A stretch of DNA of 64,000 nucleotides from Isurus oxyrinchus (GCA_026770705.1 JANJGN010000008.1:173104001-173168000); one strand, 5' to 3'; positions 1 through 13,627 are shown, counted from the stretch's first letter. Program-made: numbers and translations. The notes: a model not told the origin generated them from the sequence alone.

Positions 1-744
1 GGGGTGAGCAGAAGCAGGAAACCCAGCTGGCTGAGAAGAGGGCCCAGAGAAAACAGAGGTCAGTTCAGCCTGCACCTTCTCACTTCCTCCTAATGCTAAT
101 GCGGCACAGGCTGCTGTGCCAGGGTGGTGCTTCTCTTGAGCCACATCCGGCGATGCTTAACAGACAGGCTTACCACCATGGTGCATACTATCATCATGAG
201 ATGGAAGGCTGACAACCACTGCTGCAAATATCAGGCCTGGGCTATTTTAACTCCCAGGCCTTGTTAACATGGCAGCAGTCCAGTTCCTGGTCAGCTGGAA
301 GTTGACAGGAATTAGCTGCTGCCCTCAGGAAGTTTGTGTGTCCATGGTGAGGGGAAGGGGTCTCTGGGTGGGTTTTGCGGGACAGAAAGGAGATGGAGAA
401 GTTTGTCACTCAGGTTCCCCTTTGCTGGGCCTGGATAAACCATCCTGTTCCTCCTGGCCCCACTAAAGAACATTTTTAAAATCTATTTGGGCCTCTTCAT
501 TTTCCTGACAAATCTTGGCCCTCTTCAGCCCAGTGGGAAAGCTATAGTGGTCATCATGCCTCGACAGTATCTTTGAACCCGAAATTTCACATTCAAAGCT
601 CAGCAATCTTTTAGAAGTCTGTGAAGTCTCAGTCAGTGGGAGCTGATCAGCTTGAGGGTGGTTATCCATATTAATACACTTTCCAGACAAAGTCACTGGA
701 AAACAAACAGGAGCAGGGGCTGATCTACCTCTCTCCAACTCACG

Positions 745-1200
745 GGTAGGTGGCTCAATGGGTAGTGTCCCTGCCTCAAGTTCTGGGTCCAATCCCACCC
801 AAGGAAAATGCAGTCATAACATGGCCAAGCAGATTGAGTATCAACCTGTAAATCCTTCCAACATATGTTAATTGCAGATGGTAAGAGAGGGAGAGATTCC
901 TGGTCAGGCATGTGGTGAAAAGGAAACTGGAGCCTCTACCCCCACTCTTCATAGCTCCAGACTACAATATGAATATAAAAGTGTGCATGTTTCCACAGCG
1001 ACTTTCTCCTTGGGGTAGGGGGGTGGGGGGCTGGGTGTTGGCTGAACAGCCAGTGTGGACCAGAATGGTGCCATCAGCACAGGGTTCAATCCCCATTCCG
1101 GCTGGGATGAATTCAAGACCAGCCTCCTTGCCCTACCCCTGGTGGAGGTCACGGCGTTGTGTTGCTGCAGAGAAGTGAAGAGGAACCCATGAGCGCTGAT
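745..1200 (+). mobile_element. Two degenerate tRNA-derived SINE heads
   Basis: A/B-box-like ggtggctcaatgggtag...gggtccaatccc (about 750-795) and gggttcaatccc (about 1082). Confidence 0.45.
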
Positions 1201-3049
1201 GCCAACTGGAGCACCCCTACCCCAGCGGAGCTCAGCTAACTTAATACAGACGTTGGATTCAACAGGGTAACTTTGATCCCCAAAGTGCACCTTTCTTACC
1301 AGATGTGCTCACTGACTTCTGGGGAGCCAGGTTTGAACCTCACAGTCACTTCTATGTTCAAGCTACTCTAGTTCAGATATATTCCCTTTTATCCCCTGCA
1401 TCACTACAAGCTCCAATCAGGGTAGGCTTTAGACAGCATCTGAGCGTCCAGGGTAAGTTCATCCACAGCTTGATTTAAAAAAAACCCCTGATACTAATAA
1501 AAATTGATCGCACCACCAAAGAATGAGTCCAAAATTCAGATTTGTGAATCTAAAAAATATCACTTCACATCCATAGTTGGATGTCAGATTTGGAAACCAG
1601 AAAATAACATTTAGGATAAGAATTATGGTTTTAAATTCCCCAACATACCAACACTTCAATGTTAAACAGTAAAAATTATTCCTACACCAGAGAGATGGCA
1701 ATTATTGTCAGACATATGGAAAACAGATACAATGATATCAACAAGCGGCTTACATTCTAACTCCTCCCTGCATCTTGGCTGCCATTGCTTGCCTGTGTTC
1801 CATCACTTTCACCATGAAAGCCAATAATATTAAGGTGATGAAAATTACTCTTGGAATCTGGAGATGTGTAATTCCCTCTGAGCTGAAATTTTCATTTTCA
1901 ATATTTGTCACTTTGGAAGATCTTTCTGAATTGTGACGTAAGTCAACTTTCAGCTCACCAACAATATGAACTGGACTGGAAAAATCAGATCCTAAGAGGA
2001 ACAAAATATGCTTTGGGAATAAAGGAAGATCTAGATCCTGGAAAAGCTGCCATGGGCCAGATGGATCAAATATGGCCAAACTCAGAATCAGACAACAGAG
2101 AATTGGAAGGATGAACTCACTGCACTGGAGTCTGCCCCAATTCTTAGTTCATCTAGGAATGGAAGATAACTGAACTCAGGCTAGCTGACAAGTGGAATTT
2201 TCCAACCCTGATCACTTTACATTACACTCCAATGAAACATGTTTTTACTTACATTTACATTCCACATAAATTGAAAAAACTAATAACGGTTAAAAAATGT
2301 TTTTTTAAAAATCCCTACAAAGATTGAATACATTAAAGTGGGGCAATAGTAAGTGTTAACATGTCAGGTATACATAGATCACACATGACAGGAAACAAGT
2401 GATACAAGACAACACACTGAGCAACAGTGAACCGAATAACATGAGCACATTTGAGTTATAATGATCTACATCTTAAGATGTATGTAGCACTACTGCCAAG
2501 TCAGGTACTCAGTTCACATCCATGCCAATACTTGCAGATTGAGTGGGATCATTCCAATATTATGCCCATACTTAAAATATTTGTTGCATTTTGTAAGCAT
2601 GAATAACAATTCATACACTGCATATGGGGCCAAGCCATTTATAAAATCTCACCTTTCATGCAATAGTTATTAATGTGGTCTTAAGTAAAACAATAATGAT
2701 TGTGCTTTAAAGAACAGCATTAATTATAATACAGATTAGTGTGAAATGGCAAATTTAAAATTTTACTTTTGTTTTAAATCACTTTTGGTGTCAGAGTTGA
2801 TGTTAGCTGACTTACGTTGCGTATCTCATGATTGCATTAAAGAATTGTTAGCCAGTACAACATCCTGGAAGTTACTGACCTAAATTTATGAGCAGAAGGA
2901 TTTGGGTTTAACTAAATAGTGACACAATGGCACCATCCTAACTCTCAGCCCCTCCTATAATCACTCTGCTATTTAAGAAAGGGGAGGGGAAAATCAGTGA
3001 ATTTTCAGATCAGTTAATATAATATCTGTTGTCAGGAAATTGCTAGGGT

Positions 3050-4170
3050 TTACAATTTAGAGTAGGATGACTGAACACTTTGAAAATGTTCAGGCTGATC
3101 AGAGAGAGCCAGCATGAATTTGTAAAGGTTGGGTCACGTCTGACAAACCGGAATGAATTTCTTGAAGAGGTGACGAAAGTAGTGTCAAGGAATGTCTATG
3201 GATGATATTTATATGGACTTCCAGAAGGTATTTGATAAAGTCCCATGTGAGAGATGGTTAGCTAAAGTTGAAGCTCATGGAATTGAAGTCAAATTACGGA
3301 TCTGGTTAGGAAATTGCATGACCGGCAGGAGAAAGAGTGAGGATAATGGGCAGGCATTCTAATTCTGTAATTGGCAGAATGTGGCTCATGGTGTCCCACA
3401 AGGATCTGTGTTAGGGCCGCAATTATTCACAAATGTATTAATGCCTTAATTGATGGGCTAAACAGCTACATATTCAAGTATGCCAATGACATGAAGGTGG
3501 ATGGCATTGTAAGCAGTGTAGATGGAATCTAAAACTATAAAGAGATATTAATAGGTTAAGAGAATGGGCAAAACTGTGGTAAATGGATTCAATATAAGCA
3601 AGTGTGAGGCCATCCACTTTGGACCTAAAAATGATAGGACAGAGTATTTTCTAAATTAGTGAAAAGTTAAGAACAGTTAAGGTCTAAAGTGTCTTGGGGG
3701 TCCATGTACATATATCATTAAAATATCATGAACAGGCACAGAAAATAATGAAAATGGCCAATGGAATGCTGACCTCTATATCTAGAGAACTAGAATACAA
3801 GGGGTTAGAAGTTATGTTAAGGCTACACTGGATCAAATCTAGAACACTGTGAGCAGACAGGGTGCTACATCTCAGGAAGAAGTACAGCATGGATTTACTA
3901 TGATAATATTTGAGCTCCAATAGTTAAATTGTGAGGAGAGACTACACAAGTTAGTATCGTGTTCCCTGGAATTTAGGAGGTTAAGGGGTAATTTGATCAA
4001 GGGTTTCAAGATATTAAATGCAACAGAGGGAATAAATAGAGAGAAGCTATTTCAAGAAGCTATTTCCCCTGGGGAGTCTTGGGGTGGGGTGGGGAGGGGT
4101 GGTGAGTATGGCAATGGGGGTATAGCCTAAAAGTTAGAGCAAGGTCTTTCAGGAGTGAAGTTGCAAAACA
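3050..4170 (+). mobile_element. CR1-clade LINE 3' fragment, RT region, degenerate
   Basis: agccagcatgaatttgtaaagg (SQHGF), atggacttccagaagg (MDFQKAFD), ggtgtcccacaaggatctgtg (GVPQGSV), tatgccaatgac (decayed YADD). Confidence 0.9.
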
Positions 4171-4588
4171 TTAATTGAACACTAATTGCCCACTTAAAGG
4201 CCTCAATTGGCTGTGGGGTGGGAAGGCCATTCTCAAGCTTGGACTTAAAAGTCCCTCCTGCACCAAATGCTCCATGGGCCAGGGCGTTAACTTAAGCCTT
4301 CAGGATCTGCTGCACTGAAAACCAACCCTGACTGCCAAAATAATAGAAGGGAAACAAATGCTGGGAACTGGCTGTGTTTTGAGCTCTGCTGGTCCAGAGG
4401 TCCACAAAATATAAAATGATCGTCAATAATCATAATGGGGGTTGCTGTTCTTAGTGACCTGTGCAAAAAATACTTATAATATTCACTGTTTGATATAATG
4501 CTGTGAGCTATTCAATGGTATGTCATATCTGCAGCTGCTCAGCTCCCAATGCAATAATAAATTCTTCATTATGTGAATCTATTCATAC

Positions 4589-4684
4589 CTGGATAACACG
4601 TCTGCTCAACCCAGTCATGTCCGCAAGCTTCTGAAGTGTTTGTGCGTCAGGGTTATTGTCTTGTGCAAACTGTGCCTGCATCAC
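4589..4684 (-). CDS. LHX6: LHX6 coding exon 7 (homeodomain: [32 protein letters not shown])
   Basis: gtacag|GTG ... CAG|gtatga; 96 nt; LADMTG is LHX6-type (LHX8 has LAERTG). The next exon (VWFQN) was not found in 1-4588. Confidence 0.98.
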
Positions 4685-5456
4685 CTGTACACAGATAGTG
4701 AGAGAAGTACTGTCAGCAAAGGCAGAGCTCAGTGCAAGGATCATAAGACAGTGTCTCCCACTGAACACCAATTCTTATCTATTAAAAAGGAAAGGATGGT
4801 CATTGACAAGGTATTGAAAATGAAGCAACTGGTATGGGATCTACATTGTGGCACTAGCTGTCACCATAATGGATAAGAATTCAATTTAACACAAAATCTG
4901 AAACGACCTGAGAAGGGCAACTTTGGTCAACTTGCAAATTTTTGACTTTTTCTCATTTAGGTCATTTTAGGTTGGCTGTTCCTTTAGTAAATGTGGACCC
5001 TTCCGTGAATAAACACTGTGTTTATAAATATATTTTCACCAGTCTCTCACTCTAATGATAGTTTGCTAGCCAGGAATTTGTCTTTATATATATTGCATCC
5101 AGCAGCAGCACCAAACACTCTGGGAGTCCGCTGTAGCACAAAGGCTTGAATTTAATATCTTATATAGGAAATTAATTAAAGCTGGCAGAATGACAGCAGA
5201 TACAGTTTAACATCACAAAGTGTGAGGTTATATAATGTAGAAGTAAGGATAATGGATGGGGTGTGGTCTAAATGGAGAAGTACTACAATATTCAGTCAGT
5301 GACTTTGAAATATCATTTTTAATTGCACTGGTTAGTTATTAGATGCTTCACACAGACTGGCGGCAGTGGTACTCATCAAGTATGGTTCAGAAATACAAGC
5401 AGCAACATAAATGGAAAGCATCTGATCTTAAATGGATTTTCCTGTAGCAATGCTAC

Positions 5457-5557
5457 CTGTAATTGCTCTGCAGTGAACGATGTCCGTGCTCTCTTTGCTG
5501 GCTTAGGATGACTGTCTTGGTCTGAAGGTACAGCTCCCTCCAACGTCAGCCCGTTAC
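5457..5557 (-). CDS. LHX6: LHX6 coding exon 6 ([34 protein letters not shown])
   Basis: aattcag|GT AAC ... CAG|gtagca; 101 nt; linker plus homeodomain N-terminal arm. Confidence 0.97.
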
Positions 5558-6119
5558 CTGAATTTAAACAAAAATGTTCATAAATGCTGAGTGTGATAGG
5601 CCATCTTGTAACAGGCAGTAAAACAGGATGCACACAGTTTCAAACTTGAATATTATAGGGATGGTTATATCAGTCTTAGTTATAAACATGTTTCAAGCTA
5701 CTTTACTTTTTTAATCAGGAATTAGTTTGTCTTGGGTTTGAAATGTATTGTATTTATACTGTGCATCCGGTAAAAGGAATGGTGGAGTGTATTGCTCACT
5801 TAAAACAGCTAAAAAAAACTCACTAGCAACAGAGAGGATGTAATGTCTAGGGTCCAGGATTGGATAACATTGCTTCCTCCATCATAGCTCCCCATTCACC
5901 ACAGCCTGAGCCTGCTCAAATGCCCAGTGTCTCCAGTGAACATTTTTTTTTCGCTTTGAGTTTTAATACAGGCTAAATCTAAACAGGGATTTCCACACCT
6001 CCATATCCAGTATGCAGCGAAAGGACCTCACGCACAGGAAGAACAAGGCAGCATGGTTTCACAGAAAGGCCTACCCCATAGCCAGACATGAGAATTTCCT
6101 GGAATGTGTAGCTTCATCT

Positions 6120-9100
6120 CGGAAACGATAAATGGAGTAACCGAGGTGGGAAGAGAAAGATTGGAAAGTGGGAAGTGTAATTACAAAGAACAAGGGGAAA
6201 AGTCACTAAAAGATAATAAACTACCGGAAATATAACGAGTCAACCACATTCGTGGTATTTTATATACAATCGTGATTATCAGCATAGGGTGTATTGCGCT
6301 CTGAACAGCGTCACGTCAAAATCAACAGCACATCTACTACACCTGGAACAGCAAAACCACACGGGTTTGTGCCATCATCGCAAAATACAAGCTCTTACTT
6401 CAGACTCTGTCACCTCATATCATCTTTAAACGGTAAATAACCAACTTTTAAAATACCAGAAAAAAAAAAGACTTGCATTTATCTGGCGTGATTTACGACC
6501 ATCAGACGCCTCAAAGCGCGTAACCGCGAGTGAAGTACTTGGGAAGAGTTGGAATGTTGGAAAAATAATGCACTTCACAAGCTCGCGAATCGGGGTCGTT
6601 CTGCACTTTTGAAAGGGGGTACGTTATTTTGATGTAAACACATAAGCGAAATTGGGATAAACGCATTCGCTGATAAAAACGCATTGATTATTTCAATAAG
6701 AGGCTGTTGTAGAAAAGTTTGTAGAATAATGGCAAGTTTGTTTACAAGTCCTGAACATGTCTTTGCTAATGGTATATTGAAAGAAACGGTTCATGGGGGT
6801 GTAATTGGTCAGCTAATAAATGGCTATCTCACCGACCTGAGAAGTGGAAAGGCCACTAACTATAGGTATGAAATGAACACAATACAGCGACATCTAAAGA
6901 TCGCAAGTGAACTCGCCATGTATTAAAGCCGACATCCCTGACTCCCCGAAGGGCGAAGTGAGTTCCATGAGACTGAGAATTTCCATTTGACTTGCTAGCT
7001 TCCGTTCGGGAAGAGGAGACTGGGCGTTTTGAAATGGGTTCGCGATGTGCTGCGTAAATGAGAACCAGTATGAAAATACAGGCTGGGGGTTGGTCTTTAG
7101 AGACCAATGTCCCCAAAGTCAATGAACGAGATGCAAGTTAATCATTTTCCAAGGTCCCATTTCTGAATCTTCAGTATCAAGTAACTCGTTTGTATTATAA
7201 TCTGCTTAAATTTTGTGTCCACTCCAAATAATAATTTTAAAATATTTATTGTGCAATAACATCTTTTCTAAAAGCGGGGAAATTTGAGGAAGTTCTCACA
7301 CGTAATGCAAAACAGGGTAAAATGTGAAAAATGTTCAGGCGGGTGGGAGAACGAACGGCTCCAGCCCCCCCACCCCCCCGAGTTGGGGTCCCGTTATGCC
7401 TTCAGCCAAGTGTTTAGGGTGTCTTTGCTCGCCGCGACAAGAGAAATCCCTCCCTTCGCCCCCGCAGTTGCCAGCTTTATCCTCCACAACCCAGGCTCAC
7501 AGGTGAAGGGCGGTGTGCGCGCGGCCGCGCAGAGGGGCACCAGCGCCTGAAGTGATCCATAATTCGCCAAGACTCGTTACAGCAGTTTACAGCCGGAGAT
7601 TGGAGCAAGCCGCCAGCTCGATTCACACCGAGCCGGGTCTACCTCGTTCGATCTGAGGGTAAACCCACTCTCCCTACCTGCAGTAGCGCAGCCAATAACT
7701 CCAGAGGTGCCAGCCCACCCCGAATAAACGCAGGTCACTTTCCTTTAGCCCAATGTGCAACCTCTCAATTCAGGTTACTGCGCTACCAAAATCCCAGCAA
7801 CGCGTGCCCCCGCCGCAACTTTTTTGCCTGGGCCACTGGACCCTTTTTGCAAATCACTGATCGGTCTGTTCAGCTTGAAAGTTGGTTTGTGGAAAAAAAA
7901 AATAAACCCGACGGTCACACAGTTCCCCGTTTCGATATGCAACGCAATGGAACACGCAGGTGTAACTGTGGTCAGCCTGCTTTGTAATAATTCATGTGCC
8001 GCTTTTAATCCTTCCTCTCCCCCCCCCCCCCCCCCCCCACCCTCTCCATGGGTCAAACCAGCTTCTGGCAATGTGAAACAGCTTTGCCTTATTCTCCCAT
8101 TACCCCCACCCCCCTGGAATATATAGAGAGCCGGGCCATATGACTGTCAACATCCGACCCCTTTTGTCGCTATCTGGCCAGTCAGATCGGCGTCAAATTC
8201 TGGATTTGGAAAGTGAGCCTAACTGAGCCTTGAACTGAATTCTCACACAACAAAGCTCTCGAGCCAGCTGGGACTCATCAGAGGGAGCTCGGATCAGAAC
8301 ATTTCTAACTCTTAGTGCCTGCCCTTTCTCGGTGGCTGTGAAGTTTAGCCCCTGCTCCATCGCAACTGGTTAAAGAAAAAGAAACAGGAGCGTCCTTGGG
8401 CACCACGCGCTTTTTATGTAACAGCTTTTAAAAAGGTCGGGTTGCTTTATATTAAAGGCGTTAAGCACATCTGGTGCAGTTACAGCGGTTTTCCAATCGC
8501 CACCGTAACTGGGCTGTCTGTTGGGGTTGCGGCTACCCTGGAAATCAACACACGGAAAGATGCAGTGATGTACCTGGATCGGGGGAGATGTGCTGCTGGG
8601 TGGGAGAATCTGTACCCAGTTCCAACTGGTGAAGCGCCGACTCCCTCTGAAACATTGGCGGACCGAACAGATTGGACCCCTTAAATAAAAACAGAAAGTG
8701 CTGGGGAAAAAAACTCAGCAGGTCTGGCAGCATCTGTAGGGACAGAAACAAGGTTAACGTTTCTTCCAAGGTGACTCACACTGCACTCCAAACGTTAACA
8801 CTGTGTCTCCCCGCTGCCAGACCTGCGCAGTTTTTCCAGCACTTTCAGTTTTTTTTTATTTCAGACTCCAGCATCTGCAGTATTTTACTATCAGTTTGGA
8901 CCCCTCACCTGGAAGCCTACGTGGATTAGATACTCTGCTCGCATTGCTGGAAGACATTGAGGACAGGACAAACACGAGATTCACCCTAAAGTCCTGCACA
9001 GCACAAGGGACCAAACTCTGGAAGATTATATTTAAGCAATAATGATAAAGATGTAACGTACGGTTTTAGTATATACTACTCTATCTCTGTGTCACCACGT

Positions 9101-9200
9101 GTTAAATGTATCTCCATGTGTTTAATGTCACAACAGCATTGCTGCTTACAATAGCTTGGAACACTGCGGCAAGTCCTTTTCGAGAATGCAATTCATGGGT
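6120..9200. promoter_or_regulatory. Intronic CpG-retaining island in LHX6 intron 5
   Basis: Visibly high CpG frequency compared with flanks, peaking at about 7340-7830 (e.g. gtgcgcgcggccgcgc). Confidence 0.6.
8682..8891. mobile_element. Penelope-pLTR-like palindromic element with TSD
   Basis: Inverted arms aaaacagaaagtgctgg..ctcagcaggtctggcagc / gctgccagacctgc..ccagcactttc; flanked by cag(a/t)ttggacccct at 8668-8681 and 8892-8905. Confidence 0.75.
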
Positions 9201-9237
9201 TAATTTCATTTAGCTTACTGTACTAATATCCATGTGT

Positions 9238-9480
9238 TATTTTACTCATTCACAGGGTGTGGGCTTCACTGGCTAGGCCAACGTTTATTGCCCTAATTGC
9301 CCTTGAGAAGGTGGTGGTGAGCTGCCTTCTTGAGCCGCTGCAGTCCATGTGGTGTAGGTACACCCACAGTGCTGTTAGGGAGGGAGTTCCAGGATTTTGA
9401 CCTAGCGACAGTGAGGGAACGGTGATAAATTGGTACAGGTTGGAGGTTTGGGAGGTACTGTCAAAAGTGCTTCGGTGAGT
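9238..9480 (-). mobile_element. LINE (CR1/L2 group) 3' end, same family as 55870-56525
   Basis: Reverse complement matches the 3' part of 55870-56525 (ggaactccctccctaacagc...gggcaattaggg). Confidence 0.8.
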
Positions 9481-9690
9481 TGTTCACACAAAGAGTAATG
9501 GAAATCTGGAGCTTTCTGCCTCATAAGGCTGGATGCCGGATTGAATGTTACAGGACACAGATTGTTAGGTTTCAGCTCAGTAATCAAAGAATAGTAGAAC
9601 CGGATAAATGGAGTTTAGAAAAGATCAGCCATGATCCGAGAATGGCAAACAGACTCAAGGGTTGAATGGCCCACACCAATTCTTATATTC
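9481..9690 (+). mobile_element. CR1 3' UTR fragment
   Basis: ttcacacaaagagtaatggaaatctgg ... gatcagccatgatc ... ctcaaggggttgaatggcc. Confidence 0.7.
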
Positions 9691-10009
9691 CTGGGTCTAT
9701 TCATTAAGTGTTCAGCAAAGAACAGATCTTAGTAATGTCTGCAGCATTCAACATTTCAATTTGCCTGTAGTTGCCTTTCAGACTTTCCTTTTGTCCAACT
9801 CTGCTCATAATCACGCAGCCTCCCTGAGGGATTATAATGACATGTTTTTAACTTTCAGTTAATAGCCAATTCAAAACAACTCAGTAAATCAACCAGCCTG
9901 AACTTTACCATTTCTGACTTATCCTAACTGAAATGTTCTCTTTAGTGTATGTGTCTGAATGAATAGCCTCATGAAATCTGGTTCATTGCCTGTGCTATCA
10001 CGTAAGGAG

Positions 10010-10445
10010 TGCAGTCTCAAATCATCAAAATGATATTGAGACTAAAGGTGTTAAGTTATGAGGACAGGTAACATAGATTAGGTTGCTATTCCCTTGACCT
10101 AATTGAGATAGTTACGATGATCAAAGGACATAAAAGGGTAGAAAGAGAAAAACTATTTTCAGTGATGGGGAGTCCAAAACAACAGAGGGTAACTTTAACA
10201 TTGGACCCAAACCATTCAAGAGTAATATTAGAAAACACTTGTTAACTTGGAACACTTGGAAATGTGGGACACCCCAAAAAGCTGCAGATTAACTGAATAT
10301 TTAAAAACTGAGCTTGATAGATTTTTGTTAGATAAGAGTATTACAATTTACAGAAGGCTGGAAAATTGAGTTAAGATACAGATCAACCATGGATCTACTT
10401 AAATGGTGGAGTGGGTTTGAGGGGTCGAATGGCCTACTCCTATTC
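10010..10445 (+). mobile_element. CR1 3' fragment
   Basis: agttatgaggacagg ... gatcaaccatgg ... gaggggtcgaatggcctactcctatt CR1 tail. Confidence 0.8.
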
Positions 10446-10508
10446 AAATGTTTTGAGACCTGTTGCCCTGTGCATAACCGTCACTAATTAATAGCACAAC
10501 TGGTACAT

Positions 10509-11317
10509 GGCAGTGAGCAAGCCTAGGGCAGAGAGCAGGCCTAGGGCAGAGAGCAGGCCTAGTGCAGAGAGCAGGCCTAGGGCAGAGAGCAGGCCTAGTG
10601 CAGTGAGCAGGCCTAGGGCAGAGAGCAGGCCTAGGGCAGTGAGCAGGCCTAGGGCAGAGAGCAGGCCTAGAGCAGAGAACAGGCCTAGGACAGAGAGCAA
10701 GCCTAGAGCAGTGAGCAGGCGTAGGGCAGAGAGCAGGTGTAGGGCAGAGAGCAGGCCTAGGGCAGTGAGCAGGCGTAGGGCAGAGAGCAGGCCTAGAGCA
10801 GTGAGCAGGCCTAGAGCAGTGAGCAGGCCTAGGGCAGTGAGCAGGCCTAGGGCAGTGAGCAGGCCCAGGGCAGTGAGCAGGCCTAGGGCAGTGAGCAGGC
10901 GTAGGGCAGAGAGCAGGCCTAGGGCAGTGAGCAGGCCTAGAGCAGTGAGCAGGCCTAGGGCAGTGAGCAGGCCTCGGGCAGTGAGCAGGTCTAGAGCAGT
11001 GAGCAGGCCTAGAGCAGTGAGCAGGCCTAGGGCAGTAGGCAGGCCTAGAGCAGTGAGCAAGCCTAGAGCAGTGAGCAAGCCTAGGGCAGAGAGCAGACGT
11101 AGGGCAGAGAGCAGGCCTAGGGCAGTGAGCAGGCCTAGAGCAGTGAGCAGGCCTAGAGCAGTGAGCAGGCCTAGAACAGTGAGCAGGCCTAGGGCAGAGA
11201 GCAGGCCTAGAGCAGCGAGCAGGCCTAGAGCAGCGAGCAGGCCTAGAGCAGCGAGCAGGCCTAGAGCAGCGAGCAGGCCTAGGGCAGTGAGCAGGCCTAG
11301 AGCAGTGAGCAAGCCTA
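10509..11317. repeat. 18-bp minisatellite, about 45 copies (GCAG[T/A]GAGCAGGCCTAG[G/A])
   Basis: Directly visible tandem array. Confidence 0.98.
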
Positions 11318-11404
11318 TGCCATAACACTGTATTTGGTTGGCTGACTCATTGAGTGATATTTCATTTTTTGAACATGGAACAAATCTTATCTTTATTATT
11401 TTTA

Positions 11405-12760
11405 AAGATAAGCCCGCAACAACTACAGGACAGTCAGTTTAACCTTAGTGGTGGGGAAGATTCTAGAAACAATAATTCGGTACAAAATTAATAGTCACTT
11501 GAGCAAACATGGGTTAATTAAGGAAAGCCAGCATGGTTTTGTTAAGGGCAAACTTGCTTGAGTGTTTTGATGAGGTAACAGAGAGGGTTGATGAGGACAA
11601 TGCTGTTGATGTGGTGTACATGGACTTCCAAAAGGCAGACTTCTGTTCAAGTTAGGGCTCATGGAATAAAAGGGACAGTAGTAGCAACGTGGATATGAAA
11701 TTGGCTGAGTGACAGGAAACACGGAATAGTGATTAACGGTTGTTTCTCAGGCTGGAGCAAGGTTTATAGCGGAGCTCCCCAGGGGTTGGTGTTAGGATCC
11801 CTATTCTTTCAGATATATATTAATGATCTAGACCTTGGTATACAGGGCACAATTTCAAAATCGTAGATGATAAGAAGTATTGTGGACTGTAAGGAGGACT
11901 GTGCAGAATTTCAAAAGGACATTGACAGGCTGGTGCAATGGGCAGACAAGTGGCAGATGAAGTTTAATGCAGAGAAGTGTGAAGTGATTCATTTTGGTAG
12001 GAAGACCTTAGAGAGGCTGTATAAAATAAAAAATACAATTCTGAAGGGAGGGCAGGAGCACAGGGACCTGGCTGTATAGGTACGTAAATCATTGAAGATG
12101 TCAGGATAAGCTGAGAGTGTGGTTAATAATGCATGCAGAATCCTAGGCTTTACCAATAGGGGCAAGAGTACAAAAACAAGGATGTTATGTTATACTTGTA
12201 TAAAAGACTGCTTCGACCACAACTGGAGTCTGGGCACCACACTTTAGGAAAGAGGTTAAGTTGTTTAAGAAGGTGCAGAAAAGATTCACAAGAATGCTTC
12301 CAGGGATGAGGAACGTCAGTTATGTAGATAGATTGAAGAAGCTAGGATTGCTTTCCTTGCAGAAGAGACGATTAAGAGGAGATTTCATAGAGGTATTCAA
12401 AATCCTGATGAGTCTGGACAGAGTAGAAAGGGAGAAACTGTTCCCATTGGTGGAATGACCAAGAAGCAGAGGGCACAGATTTAGAGTAATTGCTGAAGAA
12501 GCAATGGCGACATGAGGAAAAACTTTTTTTCACACAGCGAGTGGTTAAGACCTGGAAATGCACTGCCTGAGTGTGTGGTGGGGGCAAGTTCGATTGAGGC
12601 ATTCAAGAGAGAATTGGATTATTATCTGAAAAGGAAGAATGTGCAGGGCTATGGGAGAAGGCAGGGGAGTGGCACTAGGTGAATTGCTCCATCAGAAAGC
12701 CAGCATAGACACAAGAGGCCAAATGGCCTCCTTCTGAGCTGTAACCATTCTATGATTCCA
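11405..12760 (+). mobile_element. CR1 LINE 3' 1.35 kb, RT remnant and tail
   Basis: NYRTVSLT, SQHGF, LVQWADKWQMKFNAEKCEVIHFG, KVQKRFTRMLPGM, RRLRGD motifs; ends cattctatgattc. Confidence 0.95.
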
Positions 12761-13627
12761 TAACAATATCTGATTTTCTGATGAAGAACTTGGGAAATTG
12801 CTGTCTCCAAGCTACTCAACCATTGGCTCATTCAACATACTGTTGCTCAATGCTTAAAATCAAAGGAAAGACTTGGGAGCATTAAAGACTTCAAGCTTTC
12901 ATTTGTGATTATAGAAGGAGGTAAGAATTCACTCTATCCAGAGCAAACGCAGGTAATATCATTTGTTTCTCTGTATTACTTTTGCCTAATGCATTGGGTG
13001 TGTCAAGATTCAATTGAACTCTAACATTTAGTTGTCACTAAAAATTGCTGTTCAGGATAAGCACCTTACAATAGAAAGACAGCAGATAGAGAAGGTCTTA
13101 TCCAGAATTTTTAAAAGCTGCGCTAAACAAGAATGCTTTTGGAGGACACATCCTGGAACTCCCATCATTCCTTAGAGTTACCATTCTGTTACTGATGAAT
13201 AGGGCATACAAATTTATTGGAATTTAGTTGTGTTATTTTGTCCATAAGGGGATAAGTCTTAAACCCAAAAGCTACTGAGTAATTTTACTGAAATCAATCA
13301 CTTTTAAGATTTTTTCTGGGTTGTTTTGTGGGATATCAAATGTTCTGGAGACCCATCAGGTAGTCAAAAAAGAACAGGCTCATTCATGTTTTTATGAAAA
13401 ATCTTGCTTTATGCAAGATCACAGACTACTGTAAGATTAAGAGATTAAGGTTAAATTAGTAAATTGAATCACATCGTCTTCACTGATTTTCATAAACTTT
13501 TACCTAGATATCATGCAACTGGAAGGTTTACAGATACATAATACGATGATGGCCTTCTGCACAGATCCACTAACCAAAAGAATGTGAAGAAAGTTTACTG
13601 AAAGCCAGAGAAATAAAACCCTATCAT

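Noticed and set aside
1-470. Possible Harbinger-related terminal fragment (similar GC-richer patches at about 4170-4340, 18210-18760, 19000-19520, 58090-58400)
   Set aside because: Looks repeat-derived, but I could not define TIRs, TSDs or protein motifs
5377-5397. QVWFRN on the + strand, resembling homeodomain helix 3 (the missing exon 8)
   Set aside because: Wrong strand, located in intron 6, and not followed by CRARHKK; best explained as chance
7520-7550. CTCF-like motif cgcgcagaggggcac
   Set aside because: Spacing does not fit the core consensus; cannot be supported without a PWM scan or ChIP data
10444-11328. Three long ORFs (272-294 aa) resembling RS-rich, Leu-rich or Cys/His-rich proteins
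   Set aside because: By-product of an 18-bp tandem repeat without stops in those frames; no support outside the array
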